Below, one piece after another: positions 10,473 through 20,423 of a stretch of DNA of 45,060 nucleotides (positions within the stretch are counted from its first letter, which is position 1; the number at the start of each line of letters is the position of its first letter). The position numbers were made by a program, and so were the translations under genes. Below the pieces are notes generated by a model. That model was not told where the DNA came from and did no database searches. It saw nothing but the letters and a program-made list of their open reading frames with translations. This DNA is from Promethearchaeota archaeon (lineage in GTDB: Archaea; Asgardarchaeota; Lokiarchaeia; Sigyniarchaeales; SOKP01). The stretch spans positions 2,891 to 47,950 of the forward strand of contig JBHLNS010000025.1 of assembly GCA_048941285.1 (NCBI GenBank), given 5' to 3'.

Positions 10473-10582
10473 ATTTTTCACCTACTGTCAACCTTTTGTT
10501 GTCAATTTACATATAACATTTGAACTATAAAAACTTATCGATTCTGAAAAATAAAGAAAAGGGGCAATGAAAGTGTATTTTA

Positions 10583-12508
10583 TTAACGAGGATAATATTT
10601 CTTTAATAAGAAATCTAACTCACTTTGATTTATATCAAATAATTGAAAGAAAAGTTTATCGATGCACTCTTTTATAAAATTATATTTTTTGTATTTCATA
10701 GCTTCTATTATTTTATTCTTCAATTTATTGGTATTATTTTGATTTAATAAACTGCTAACCAAATTTTCATAATCCAGATTGTTATTAGTCATAAAATTCG
10801 TAAGAATTTTTATTAGTTTGATAATTTCGATTTTGTTTTTATTTCTAAAATTCTCTAGATTGGGAATTGGTAAAGTTTGTTCTAGTTTGGTTTTACTTCT
10901 TTTTATCGTGATATTTTTTGACTTATATAAAAAATATATAATTTTAGAATTTAAATAAGCGAGAATAAATAAATAATCAATATTTCTAGTCGTTAATTTA
11001 GGCCAGAGAAAATAAGTATCAGACGTAGCATAATATTGTTCAATTGTATATCCGAATATATTATTATTTGAAATATATTTAAAAAATATTTTAGGGTGTG
11101 AATCATACAAGGGTTCGAGATCTACCAATATGTCAAGTTTCTTGTTATCAAACTTCCGTATAAAAGAGCCTCGTCTAGGGAAATAAAGATCCTCTGGATT
11201 CTCTTTTGCGTTAATTAGAGTGTCCACTAATTCCACTTTAAATTGTTTTATATATTTTGAAAGATTTGGGTATTTTTTTTCGAGTAAATTATTTCGGCTT
11301 AGGTTGCTTTTTGAATTAAACTCATTTTTATTGAAATAGATTAAGTATCCCGCATAATTTCCTTTTTCATACCCGAACATTTTTATAGAATTACTTTTAT
11401 ATACTTTTTTAAGCCTACTTTTTTCATATTTGTTGAGTTTGAGGAACTCACCATTAACACATATGAAAAAGTCATCATTTTCAATTTTCAAATCTTTCCC
11501 CTCATTTAAAATAAATATGGAATCTTTTACGAGAATTAAGCCATTCCGAATTATGAAATAGTCTTTTAATAATGAAATTTCTCCATTGACCTTACAAAAA
11601 GATTCAATCTCATCCACCATTAATTTTATTTCTTTTGGATAAAGAAGATTCCAACTTTCATCTTTCTTTAGATCATTATTAGTTAAAGCCGAAATATATT
11701 GCTTCCCATGATCTGAATTGCTCTTAAAAATTAGATCTTTAAAAATTGTCTCCTTGAGTGTGTCATCTTTTCCGTTGTATCCTTTTTTCCCTAAGAGTTG
11801 AGCTATTCTGATACTTTTATTTATACTTTGAAGTTTTTCTTGTTCATTTTTTTTCTGTAATACAAAAATACAATTATGTTGCCCTTTAGCTCCATTAAAT
11901 ATTTGCAGATCTGATAAATCTATATATTGTAATAAATAGCATTCTTCTAGTATATGTGGTTTTAAAAATTTGATTCCTGTTTTTTTAGATTTTGTAATCC
12001 AGTAGTTTGTCGTTATATATGTCAAAAGACCTCCGGGATTCAACTTTTCTATTCCTAGGTGAATGAAATAATAAAACAAATCCATGTTTCCTACAAAATA
12101 TTTGCCACATATGGGAAATTTTTTAATGTAATCCCGAAAAACTTCTGAATTATAATTTTGACCTAAATAAGGAGGATTACCAATTATAAGATCGAATTTT
12201 TCATTTGGATCAGATCCTAAGAAATTTTCAAATCTGAAATCTATATAAGGATATGAGCTTAAGAGATTTTCTTTTAAATTAATGTCAATTTCATAGGCGG
12301 TTATCTTATTAAATTGTTTTTTTAAGAGAAAATTCAAAAATATACCTTCTCCCACAGCAGGTTCTAAAATTCTTAATGATTGAATTCTTTTTTCCCAATT
12401 TTCGATAAACATTATAAGATTATCAACCATGAATTCAGCAATATAACTTGGAGTAAAAATTTGCCCTATGGCATCATCTGTTTTAGAATTGATGTTTTTA
12501 AAGACCAT
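10583..12508 (-). CDS. N6-adenine DNA methyltransferase (Eco57I/TaqI-like, gamma class) with C-terminal specificity domain
   Basis: GQIFTP (motif X), LEPAVGEGIF (motif I), IIGNPPY (motif IV), DLFYYFI, and a C-terminal YLNS...LPIP segment. Confidence 0.88.
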   Translation of the reverse strand: MVFKNINSKTDDAIGQIFTPSYIAEFMVDNLIMFIENWEKRIQSLRILEPAVGEGIFLNFLLKKQFNKITAYEIDINLKENLLSSYPYIDFRFENFLGSDPNEKFDLIIGNPPYLGQNYNSEVFRDYIKKFPICGKYFVGNMDLFYYFIHLGIEKLNPGGLLTYITTNYWITKSKKTGIKFLKPHILEECYLLQYIDLSDLQIFNGAKGQHNCIFVLQKKNEQEKLQSINKSIRIAQLLGKKGYNGKDDTLKETIFKDLIFKSNSDHGKQYISALTNNDLKKDESWNLLYPKEIKLMVDEIESFCKVNGEISLLKDYFIIRNGLILVKDSIFILNEGKDLKIENDDFFICVNGEFLKLNKYEKSRLKKVYKSNSIKMFGYEKGNYAGYLIYFNKNEFNSKSNLSRNNLLEKKYPNLSKYIKQFKVELVDTLINAKENPEDLYFPRRGSFIRKFDNKKLDILVDLEPLYDSHPKIFFKYISNNNIFGYTIEQYYATSDTYFLWPKLTTRNIDYLFILAYLNSKIIYFLYKSKNITIKRSKTKLEQTLPIPNLENFRNKNKIEIIKLIKILTNFMTNNNLDYENLVSSLLNQNNTNKLKNKIIEAMKYKKYNFIKECIDKLFFQLFDINQSELDFLLKKYYPR

Positions 12509-12673
12509 CTAATCTTAATATTGGTTTAAGAATCTAAATATTTGATGGTTGAATTAATCATATCTAGAAAGTTATGAAAAATATGCATATTAATGGGTAC
12601 TAGATGCTAGCACTGTTAAGTTCGAGCAAAAGAAAAAAATGAATGCTAGGAAAAAACACTCTTCTGGAAGAAA

Positions 12674-14197
12674 TTAATTATGATGGTGTTCATGATGTTC
12701 CATCTTGATATTTACCGGTCTCAAATTACCGATTGCCCAACCCGTTACTTCATTAAGAGAGGGATGAATCACCATTGAATGATAAATAGGCATGAATGAT
12801 CCCGCTTCAGGACACGCTCTTTCTACTTTAGGAAGGTCTTTTTCATCTTGATAATCTGGTATTTTACAAGTGAAACCGGAGTTCATCAAATAAACAAAAG
12901 GTTGTACTAAGAGAGCAGCATGAGGGCCTATTACATGTGCACCTAATATTTTATACGACTTATCGACAATTAATTTTACAAAACCATCATCTTCTTCTCC
13001 AGTCTCAAATCCCATTGCAAATCCTTTTGCTACTGTTGAATAATTCTTGAATGCAACATAAATCTCATGTCCCTTTTCAATTGCTTCAGCTTGAGTCATT
13101 CCGACATGTCCTATTTGTGGGTATGAAAAGATTGCCCATGGAACGGCAGAATAATCTACTAGTCTTTTCTGATCTTCTGATCCAAATATATTATTAGTAC
13201 AAATTTCTGCTTCATAATTAGCTTTATGACGGAATTGGTAAATGCCATTTGCGTCTCCAATACACCAAATATTCTTCTTATTGGTTTCTAAGTATTGATT
13301 GGTTTTTATCCAATTCCTCTCATCTGTTTCAATACCTGTCTTTTCTACCTTTAATAAATCTGCATTCGAACGTCGTCCCGCAGCAATAAAAATTTCGTCT
13401 GCCATAATTTCCTTTTCTACACCAGTCTGCATATTCCTAATAAGAATTACTTTTTGATTTTTTTTCTGATATGCTTTAATTGCTTTCTGATTTAACATTA
13501 CTCTCATATACTTGCTGAAGTTATTTTCCAGTGATTGACTGATTTCAGGTTCTTCTGTTATAACTAAATGTGGTAACATTTCCACAATAGTTACTTCAGT
13601 ACCCATTGCTGAAAAAATGTGAGCAAATTCTGCGGCTATTACTCCCCCACCGATAATAATAAGACTTTTCCATGGTTTCTTTGGAAAACTTTCTCCAAAG
13701 AAGTTTTCGTTAGTAATATAATCCAAATCTTCTATTCCTTGTATTGGAGGTATAAAAGATCTTGCTCCTGATGCAAGAACAAAACGTTTTCCTTTAAAAT
13801 GCCCTAATTCCTTACTTTTTTTTGTATCATAAACCTTCATTTCAAAGTCTCCAATGAATTCACCAACTCCTTTATATACATCTAAGTTAGGTACAGTAGA
13901 AAGCCCTTCATCTATCGACTTGCTTTCATCGATTTGAGACCACATTCTTTCTGAGATTAAATCCCAATCAACATTTTCTATATTGAATTTTATACCTACT
14001 TTTTTAGCATGTTCAGCTTCTCTAATTAAATCAGCAGGATGAACTAATACTTTTGAAGGAATGCATCCTCTCGTTAAGCACGTACCCCCCATTTTAGTAT
14101 TTTCTACAAGAGCGCATTTCAACCCTATTTGAAGTCCAGTATTTAAAACATTTAATCCTACTCCACTTCCAACTACTACTAAGTCATATGTTTCCAT
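12674..14197 (-). CDS. class I pyridine nucleotide-disulfide oxidoreductase (dihydrolipoyl dehydrogenase / mycothione reductase-like)
   Basis: GSGVG FAD motif, redox-active GGTCLTRGCIPSK, GGGVIAAE, IGD and the HPSLNE acid-base motif. Confidence 0.9.
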   Translation of the reverse strand: METYDLVVVGSGVGLNVLNTGLQIGLKCALVENTKMGGTCLTRGCIPSKVLVHPADLIREAEHAKKVGIKFNIENVDWDLISERMWSQIDESKSIDEGLSTVPNLDVYKGVGEFIGDFEMKVYDTKKSKELGHFKGKRFVLASGARSFIPPIQGIEDLDYITNENFFGESFPKKPWKSLIIIGGGVIAAEFAHIFSAMGTEVTIVEMLPHLVITEEPEISQSLENNFSKYMRVMLNQKAIKAYQKKNQKVILIRNMQTGVEKEIMADEIFIAAGRRSNADLLKVEKTGIETDERNWIKTNQYLETNKKNIWCIGDANGIYQFRHKANYEAEICTNNIFGSEDQKRLVDYSAVPWAIFSYPQIGHVGMTQAEAIEKGHEIYVAFKNYSTVAKGFAMGFETGEEDDGFVKLIVDKSYKILGAHVIGPHAALLVQPFVYLMNSGFTCKIPDYQDEKDLPKVERACPEAGSFMPIYHSMVIHPSLNEVTGWAIGNLRPVNIKMEHHEHHHN

Positions 14198-14322
14198 AAT
14201 TTCATTTTCATCGATATCGAATTTAAAGTTTATAGTAATATTTTAAAGAGTAATAATGAATTATTGAAATTATTTTGATTTATTTATCTTAATGATTTAT
14301 CAATGAGAATTGTATTTATTGA

Positions 14323-16527
14323 TTAGGTATAAGAGGGAATTAAAATTATGAAATTACTTCCTTGATTGTAATCCCCTTTAACTCTATCTTCAACCCAAAT
14401 ATCACCATGATACATGTCTATAATTTTTTTTACAAGTGATAATCCAAGTCCCATTCCTTTACTTTTCCAAGATTTCTGTGAACCTCTTTCAAATATACTT
14501 GTCTTACGATAATCAGAAATACCTAGACCATTATCTTTAAATTCCATCTTGACATATTCTTTATCCTTTTTTTTCATTTTACTAATATCAATAATGATCT
14601 CAATATTGGATTTATCATTATATCTAACAGCATTTATTAGAATGTTTTCAAACACATCTAACAAAAGATTGTTTGCATTAACATAATTTCTTTTTGTAGA
14701 ACTATTAAATTTGATATTAATATTTCTTGTTTGAAAGCTAGATTCTAAAAACTCAATTGCCTGGTTTAATACTTGATTTGCGTCAATTTTACTTAATAGA
14801 ATATCAGATTCATCAATTTCAGTTATCTTCCTAACGTTTGATATAAGCTTTTTTGCTCTGTTAACTTGCTCATCTACTATTTCATATAATTCTTTTATTG
14901 TGTGTAGTTTCTCAGGATTATTGAGATAAAGAGCGCTGAGTTCAACTGAAGAGTTAATATTTTGAAGAATATTATTAATATCGTGTGCAAAAATATCACG
15001 ATAAAGATTAGCTTGATAGTACGCTTTTCGATATTTCTCCTCAGATACCTTTAATTTTTCTTCAGCAATTTTCTTTTCTGTAATATCAACAAGAGTAACA
15101 ACAACTTTTGACCATGTGTTCTCAAATCCTGGTAGTATTGAAGTTCTAGCATACAAATATATGGTATCTTCTGTGAATGTTTTAGAAGCAATTTCAGACT
15201 CGTATATTGTTTCACCCTTCATTAAAGAAAGAATTTCCTTTTTATTATATAGTTTAACTTCATCAGTAATATTTTCATCTATAAAATCACTAAGTTGGTT
15301 CATTCTCAAGATTAAATCTTCTTTACTCTTAGCTTTGTATACCTCTACAGTTTTTCTATTCACATCTATTACTTTAGCTTGCGCCATCAATTTTAAAACT
15401 TCTTTAGGATTATCGTCAAGAAATTTCTCAAAATCAGTAATTCCTGATGATTTTAAATGATCTATATACTTTTTTGTCTTTGAATAATCTTGTTCCATTA
15501 TTGCAATTGGAGAATTTTCAAATAATTTGTGATATTTCTCTTCAGATTTCTCTAATTCTGTAGATCTTTTTCTAAACCTATCTTCTAGTTCCTTATTCAA
15601 TTCCTCTAATTCGTTTTCTGTTTTCCTACGCTTTAGAGCATTTCCTATAATATCAGAAGATATCTTTAGAATGTTTAAATCATTCTTAGTCCATTTCACT
15701 TGAGATTTTACTTTATTAAAACCAATAAAGCCAGATATATTCTGACCGATGTTTAATGGTAAAAAAATCAGAGAGATAATATTTCCTCTTAAAAACTCTT
15801 CTTTTTCTGCTGATGCTTCGGGAGGAATATCATTGACATTTTGGATGTTAAGAACCTCTTCTTTCTTAATTTTATTTATAGACCAAGAATGTAATTCCAT
15901 TGGAATGTTCTGAAGTTCTTCTAATTGGGAAGGTACTCCTTCATTACACCATTCATGTGTGTTAGACATCGTGTTTTTATCTTCATTAAATATAAATATA
16001 TAACTCCTGCTTACTTGACTTAAAATCCCGATGTCTTTAAGAGTAGAATTTATAGCTTCATCGATATTTTGAGGATTAACAAATCTTGATGATATTTTAG
16101 CGAATGTCTTTTCATATTCCACTCTCTTCTTGAAATTTTCTTCGGCTTCAACTAGTTTTGTCTGAGACTCAAAAATAGCAACGATTTTTTCTGAAGGTAA
16201 TTTATAAATATATATTTCGGCCCAACCGTAAATTCTATTATCTTGATACAAAGTTGTTGGAAAACGCTCTGGTTTACCAGTTTTCCAAACTCTTCTTAAC
16301 ACATCTATAATACCAAATTCCTCTACATTTGGAAATACGTTAATAAGATTGTTACCAATAAGATCTTTTCTACTTACTTCACATATTTCTAATCCAGCTT
16401 TATTTATTTCCCTAACTATGAAATTTTGACCATTATCCACCGTTTCAAATATAACAACTCCACTATTTATATTTTCGAAGAATTCGTTAAACAATTGCTC
16501 AGTTTGAAAAAGTTCTGATACAATCAA
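14323..16527 (-). CDS. soluble PAS/GAF sensor histidine kinase
   Basis: PAS-GAF-PAS input (NTHEWC GAF), H-box AHDINN, N-box ENILINA, G1 DNGLGI and G2 GMGLGL. Confidence 0.92.
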   Translation of the reverse strand: MIVSELFQTEQLFNEFFENINSGVVIFETVDNGQNFIVREINKAGLEICEVSRKDLIGNNLINVFPNVEEFGIIDVLRRVWKTGKPERFPTTLYQDNRIYGWAEIYIYKLPSEKIVAIFESQTKLVEAEENFKKRVEYEKTFAKISSRFVNPQNIDEAINSTLKDIGILSQVSRSYIFIFNEDKNTMSNTHEWCNEGVPSQLEELQNIPMELHSWSINKIKKEEVLNIQNVNDIPPEASAEKEEFLRGNIISLIFLPLNIGQNISGFIGFNKVKSQVKWTKNDLNILKISSDIIGNALKRRKTENELEELNKELEDRFRKRSTELEKSEEKYHKLFENSPIAIMEQDYSKTKKYIDHLKSSGITDFEKFLDDNPKEVLKLMAQAKVIDVNRKTVEVYKAKSKEDLILRMNQLSDFIDENITDEVKLYNKKEILSLMKGETIYESEIASKTFTEDTIYLYARTSILPGFENTWSKVVVTLVDITEKKIAEEKLKVSEEKYRKAYYQANLYRDIFAHDINNILQNINSSVELSALYLNNPEKLHTIKELYEIVDEQVNRAKKLISNVRKITEIDESDILLSKIDANQVLNQAIEFLESSFQTRNINIKFNSSTKRNYVNANNLLLDVFENILINAVRYNDKSNIEIIIDISKMKKKDKEYVKMEFKDNGLGISDYRKTSIFERGSQKSWKSKGMGLGLSLVKKIIDMYHGDIWVEDRVKGDYNQGSNFIILIPSYT

Positions 16528-16770
16528 TTATATCCACCTTTTTATTTTTTAAGAAGGAAAGCTTCTTATTGTCATGTAAATATTTTATAAGATATAAGCA
16601 ATCCCTTCTTATTACTTAATTCTAACACATATCTAGTCAACTGATTATATTTAAACTTATGCGACAAAAATTCGCTATAACACATTCTCTTAATAGTTTA
16701 AAAATTATTGTAACTATATGCTTAGAATAAAAAGAAAAAAAATTACCAGAAAAAATTATTTAATTTTTTT

Positions 16771-18258
16771 TTAAGTTAGCAACGAAGGTAATATCTTTGC
16801 TAATGGAACTGCTAAACCGCCAAGTAAAGATCCGATTGAACTGAGCTTTTTGAGATAATCTTTAATATTCTTCGATACCTTTACCACTCTAGTCTTACCC
16901 TCTATTATAGTTCCATCTTCAGTTAGCAAAAAGACTTGAATTGTCTGTTCTCCTGTTTCACGCGGTTCTAGAGTTAACCATATAGTGTCTCCATTTTCTA
17001 ACATTGATGATAATACTCCAACAATATCCCTTTCCTCAGAAGATATTAAAGGAATTGGTGAAATTGGTATTTTAAATGTGCCTCTTCCTTCCACTTTGAT
17101 ATCAAGCTTTAACCGTTTAGGCTCAAATCCAGGAGCATTTATTTTTAGAATATAATTTTTATCTTCTGGACTGTTATTATATAAGAAACAGAATATATTC
17201 AATTCTGAGTTGAGGTACACTACTTCTTGAGCTGTAGAGTCCAGATATATAGGATCTTTCGATATACGTTCAATATTATCAGCCAATTCTAATTGCAGTC
17301 TGTCTATTATAGTGAAAAACCCGGGATTATATTTTTTAATGTAATTAAATAATTTATATGTATCTTTCATCCCAAAATACCAAGCACCTTCGATATATAT
17401 ACCTTTTTCAACGTTAAAGTTAACCGAATCTACATCAATAATTTCCTTTAATTCTTGAATTAATTGATCTTCTGATAAGACTTCTTGAAATTTAAGATAA
17501 TAAAGAAATAATAGTTTTTCTAAAGCAAATGTAATAGGTAACTCATCTGGTTCAGCTTCTTTTATTTTTTGAATGAAGTCAGGAGTTAAGATTTTACTTA
17601 ATTCTGCCAAATATTCATCCCATTTAAGAAAAGTTACGGGGTCCAAATGATTTGATAGGATTTCAGCAAAAAAGTTATCTAAAAATATTTGATGTGTAGT
17701 AGGTTTATAGAAATCCTGGAGACCGTTTACATCATGAATGTTGAGATTTAAACTCCGGATGAGAATTGATAATCCTAATCCGACTAAAGCAAATCCCGCA
17801 GCAGCAAATCCAATGTCAAGAAGATTCATAGCTAACATAATCGCAAATAATATAATGGCGGTAAAACAAATGAATGAAATTATTTTTAGTAAATTTGTGA
17901 CCCGCTTTACACTACTAGAAAGTAACTCAAATCCATCAAGACTATCTATTGGTCTTCCCCTTTTTCGTTCAAATTTTAATCTCATTTTAAGAGAGCTCTC
18001 GGTAGAATTAGCCCCTAGTAAAAGCATACAGGAATTAAATGTGTATATGACTAAAATCACTAGATAAATAATTTTTAATGGTAAATCAAGTGCTTGAATA
18101 ATAGCAAGAAGAGTAATGATTAAGAGCACTATAGGTAATATAAATAGTAAGATTTTACCTATTTTAGACATATAATTAATCATTTTACCCTGAAATCTTT
18201 CCTTTTTGAGGATCTTGTTTAAACCCTTTTCTAAGTTTCTTTCCATATTATTTTTCAT
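16771..18258 (-). CDS. hypothetical membrane protein (4 N-terminal TM helices, C-terminal beta-rich domain)
   Basis: 495-aa ORF with clear hydrophobic segments; no family recognised. Confidence 0.7.
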   Translation of the reverse strand: MKNNMERNLEKGLNKILKKERFQGKMINYMSKIGKILLFILPIVLLIITLLAIIQALDLPLKIIYLVILVIYTFNSCMLLLGANSTESSLKMRLKFERKRGRPIDSLDGFELLSSSVKRVTNLLKIISFICFTAIILFAIMLAMNLLDIGFAAAGFALVGLGLSILIRSLNLNIHDVNGLQDFYKPTTHQIFLDNFFAEILSNHLDPVTFLKWDEYLAELSKILTPDFIQKIKEAEPDELPITFALEKLLFLYYLKFQEVLSEDQLIQELKEIIDVDSVNFNVEKGIYIEGAWYFGMKDTYKLFNYIKKYNPGFFTIIDRLQLELADNIERISKDPIYLDSTAQEVVYLNSELNIFCFLYNNSPEDKNYILKINAPGFEPKRLKLDIKVEGRGTFKIPISPIPLISSEERDIVGVLSSMLENGDTIWLTLEPRETGEQTIQVFLLTEDGTIIEGKTRVVKVSKNIKDYLKKLSSIGSLLGGLAVPLAKILPSLLT

Positions 18259-18382
18259 CCTTCTAATAGGGATTGTTTTTTAAAAATTATGTAATTAGAA
18301 TAATAGAAAAATCTATTTTTAATATTATCGAATAGTTATTTTCTTTTAGAAGAAATTCATTAAAAAAGTATAGAACTTCAAT

Positions 18383-19003
18383 TTAAATCTCATTTTCTCT
18401 GATCATGAACCAATTAATAATATTTGTCTTAGGAATGATAATTTCTTCAAGTATAAAGAAGCCAAAATGCTTGTAAAAAGAAACATTTCTCTCCAAATTA
18501 GTTTCTAGCCAAATTGGGGTATGTTCGTTCTCTATCCTTCTTAACATAGGTCTTAAAAGCATTCCAGCAAAACCTTTTCCCTGATATTTTGGATCGACAG
18601 CTATAGGTCCTAAATACCAATATGGAACTTTCATATAGATATTTCGTATAGAATCGTTGAGTGCTTGGAAAAATGTTATTCTTCTTGTAGATTGGATTCC
18701 AAATTTAAATGGAAATTTAAAAGCACCACTTTTTATAAATTTCCAATAAGAAAGATTAACTTTTTTGGGAGGACGCCATAGAGCAATTCCTTCTAAATCT
18801 TCGGATGTGCCATATGCTTCACCATATTTAATTCCAATCCTAACCACAAGTTCCCAAAAATGATGAAGCCTCAGTAATCTTTTATTAACATCAGGAATTT
18901 GCCAATGAATTATTGGATCATTTTGAAAAGCCCTTGAAAATACCTTTGAAGCCATCTTAATATGTTTTTTTGAAAGTCTAATCAATCCATTCATTTCTGA
19001 CAT
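18383..19003 (-). CDS. GNAT family N-acetyltransferase
   Basis: YWYLGPIAVDPKYQGKGFA acetyl-CoA motif A and LET...NVSFYKHFGF motif B. Confidence 0.9.
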   Translation of the reverse strand: MSEMNGLIRLSKKHIKMASKVFSRAFQNDPIIHWQIPDVNKRLLRLHHFWELVVRIGIKYGEAYGTSEDLEGIALWRPPKKVNLSYWKFIKSGAFKFPFKFGIQSTRRITFFQALNDSIRNIYMKVPYWYLGPIAVDPKYQGKGFAGMLLRPMLRRIENEHTPIWLETNLERNVSFYKHFGFFILEEIIIPKTNIINWFMIRENEI

Positions 19004-19154
19004 TATTTTCTGAAATATAGAATTAAGTTAGATCATAGAGCATTATATTTCATATGCCTATTATCTTTAAATTTTTTGTCAAATCAAATCTAGATATTAA
19101 TATCAGAAAGTACAAAAATTCTCAAAGTTTTACTTAACCAAGTAAGAATATTAA

Positions 19155-20186
19155 ATGAGTTATATGTCAAGTAATAAAGTTGAAATAAAAGAAATTGAGG
19201 GAATCTATCAAATTAAAATAGATGTTCCTTTCGCAGTTAAATATGTTTGTCTTTATCTCTTTAATATAAACGGGCAGAAAGTCCTTATCGATTCTGGTCT
19301 GAATATGGGAAATTGGAAAAATAAAATTTTTTCTGCATTTGAAGAATTGAATATATCTATTCAAGATATTGATTATTGCATTATCACACACATCCATACA
19401 GATCATATGGGTTTAGTAAAAATATTCAAACAGGAAAATCCAAATCTTAAGATTGTTATGCATGATATAACTCATGAATTATTAGAATGGGAAACCAATA
19501 CTAACAAATTAAATGAATTAAAACAAGAAGCAAGAGTAATGGCAAACCAATTAATAAAATATGGAATTAGTGAGGTACAAGGAGAAAAAGTTATTCAATT
19601 CTTTACTTTTTGGCCAAAATTCTTACAATATCAAAAACCTGATGTCATCGTTCATGATGGAGATATTATTTTTGACACTTTAGAAATTACCTGGACACCA
19701 GGACATAGTTTTGGACATATCTGTATTTTTGATAAAGAGAGAAAGTATCTCTTTTCTGGTGACCACATTTTAAGCCGAATCACCCCTCACATAGGAAATT
19801 TCATAATTCCTGCCAATATGACAGAAAAATATAAGAATCAAGATTTTAACAACATTTTAAAACATTATTTAACATCATTAGATAAAATAGATAATTTAAA
19901 GCCTAAAATCATTTTTCCTGCCCATCAAGAGATTATATACAATCCACACGAGCGAATTATGCAAATTAAAGAACATCATAAAAATAGGTTAAACGAGATT
20001 GCGAAGTTAATTAAAGAAAATCCTTTAACAGCTTATAGAATTTCTCAAATCCATTTTGGCGAAGATTTAGATGAAATGAATTCTTACATGGCTTTAAGTG
20101 AAGTTTTAGGACATCTTATCTATCTTGAAGCTCAAGGTAAAGTAAATAAAATAGAAAAAAATGGAAAATTACTTTATTATTCCTAA
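19155..20186 (+). CDS. MBL-fold metallo-hydrolase with C-terminal winged helix
   Basis: LIDSG, THIHTDHMG, TPGHSFGH, SGDH and PAH motifs. Confidence 0.92.
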   Translation: MSYMSSNKVEIKEIEGIYQIKIDVPFAVKYVCLYLFNINGQKVLIDSGLNMGNWKNKIFSAFEELNISIQDIDYCIITHIHTDHMGLVKIFKQENPNLKIVMHDITHELLEWETNTNKLNELKQEARVMANQLIKYGISEVQGEKVIQFFTFWPKFLQYQKPDVIVHDGDIIFDTLEITWTPGHSFGHICIFDKERKYLFSGDHILSRITPHIGNFIIPANMTEKYKNQDFNNILKHYLTSLDKIDNLKPKIIFPAHQEIIYNPHERIMQIKEHHKNRLNEIAKLIKENPLTAYRISQIHFGEDLDEMNSYMALSEVLGHLIYLEAQGKVNKIEKNGKLLYYS

Positions 20187-20205
20187 ATAAACTATGAAAT
20201 GAAAA

Positions 20206-20403
20206 GTGAGTAGCTATTGATACCCTTTCAAGATTCAAATGATGACTCGGTGGGCATCTTAGGTTGTGCCAAATATTCCTCCTCCTAAATATCCGAGACC
20301 ATAGCTTAAGCATAAAGAATGGCTGAATTTAAATGAACTATGGGATTATGCTATTTTACCAAGAGAACCAGAATTTGTAAGTTTTTTCGAAGGAAAAATT
20401 CTT
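20206..20403 (+). pseudogene. truncated remnant of a glycoside hydrolase family 2 (beta-galactosidase-like) N-terminus
   Basis: One frame reads VSSY*YPFKIQMMTRWAS*VVPNIPPPKYPRP*LKHKEWLNLNELWDYAILPREPEFVSFFEGKIL. This matches the GH2 pattern MTRWA..V.P....YPRPQ....WLNLNG.WDYAI....GKILVPF. There are three in-frame stops and the rest of the gene is absent. Confidence 0.8.
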
Positions 20404-20423
20404 TTTATTTTTTTGTTTATAAA

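Noticed and set aside
20260-20304. Two in-frame TAG codons as evidence of TAG recoding (Gln or pyrrolysine)
   Set aside because: TAG terminates intact genes here (both metV copies and 23851-24159). The fragment also has a TGA and is truncated, so C-to-T decay is the simpler explanation.
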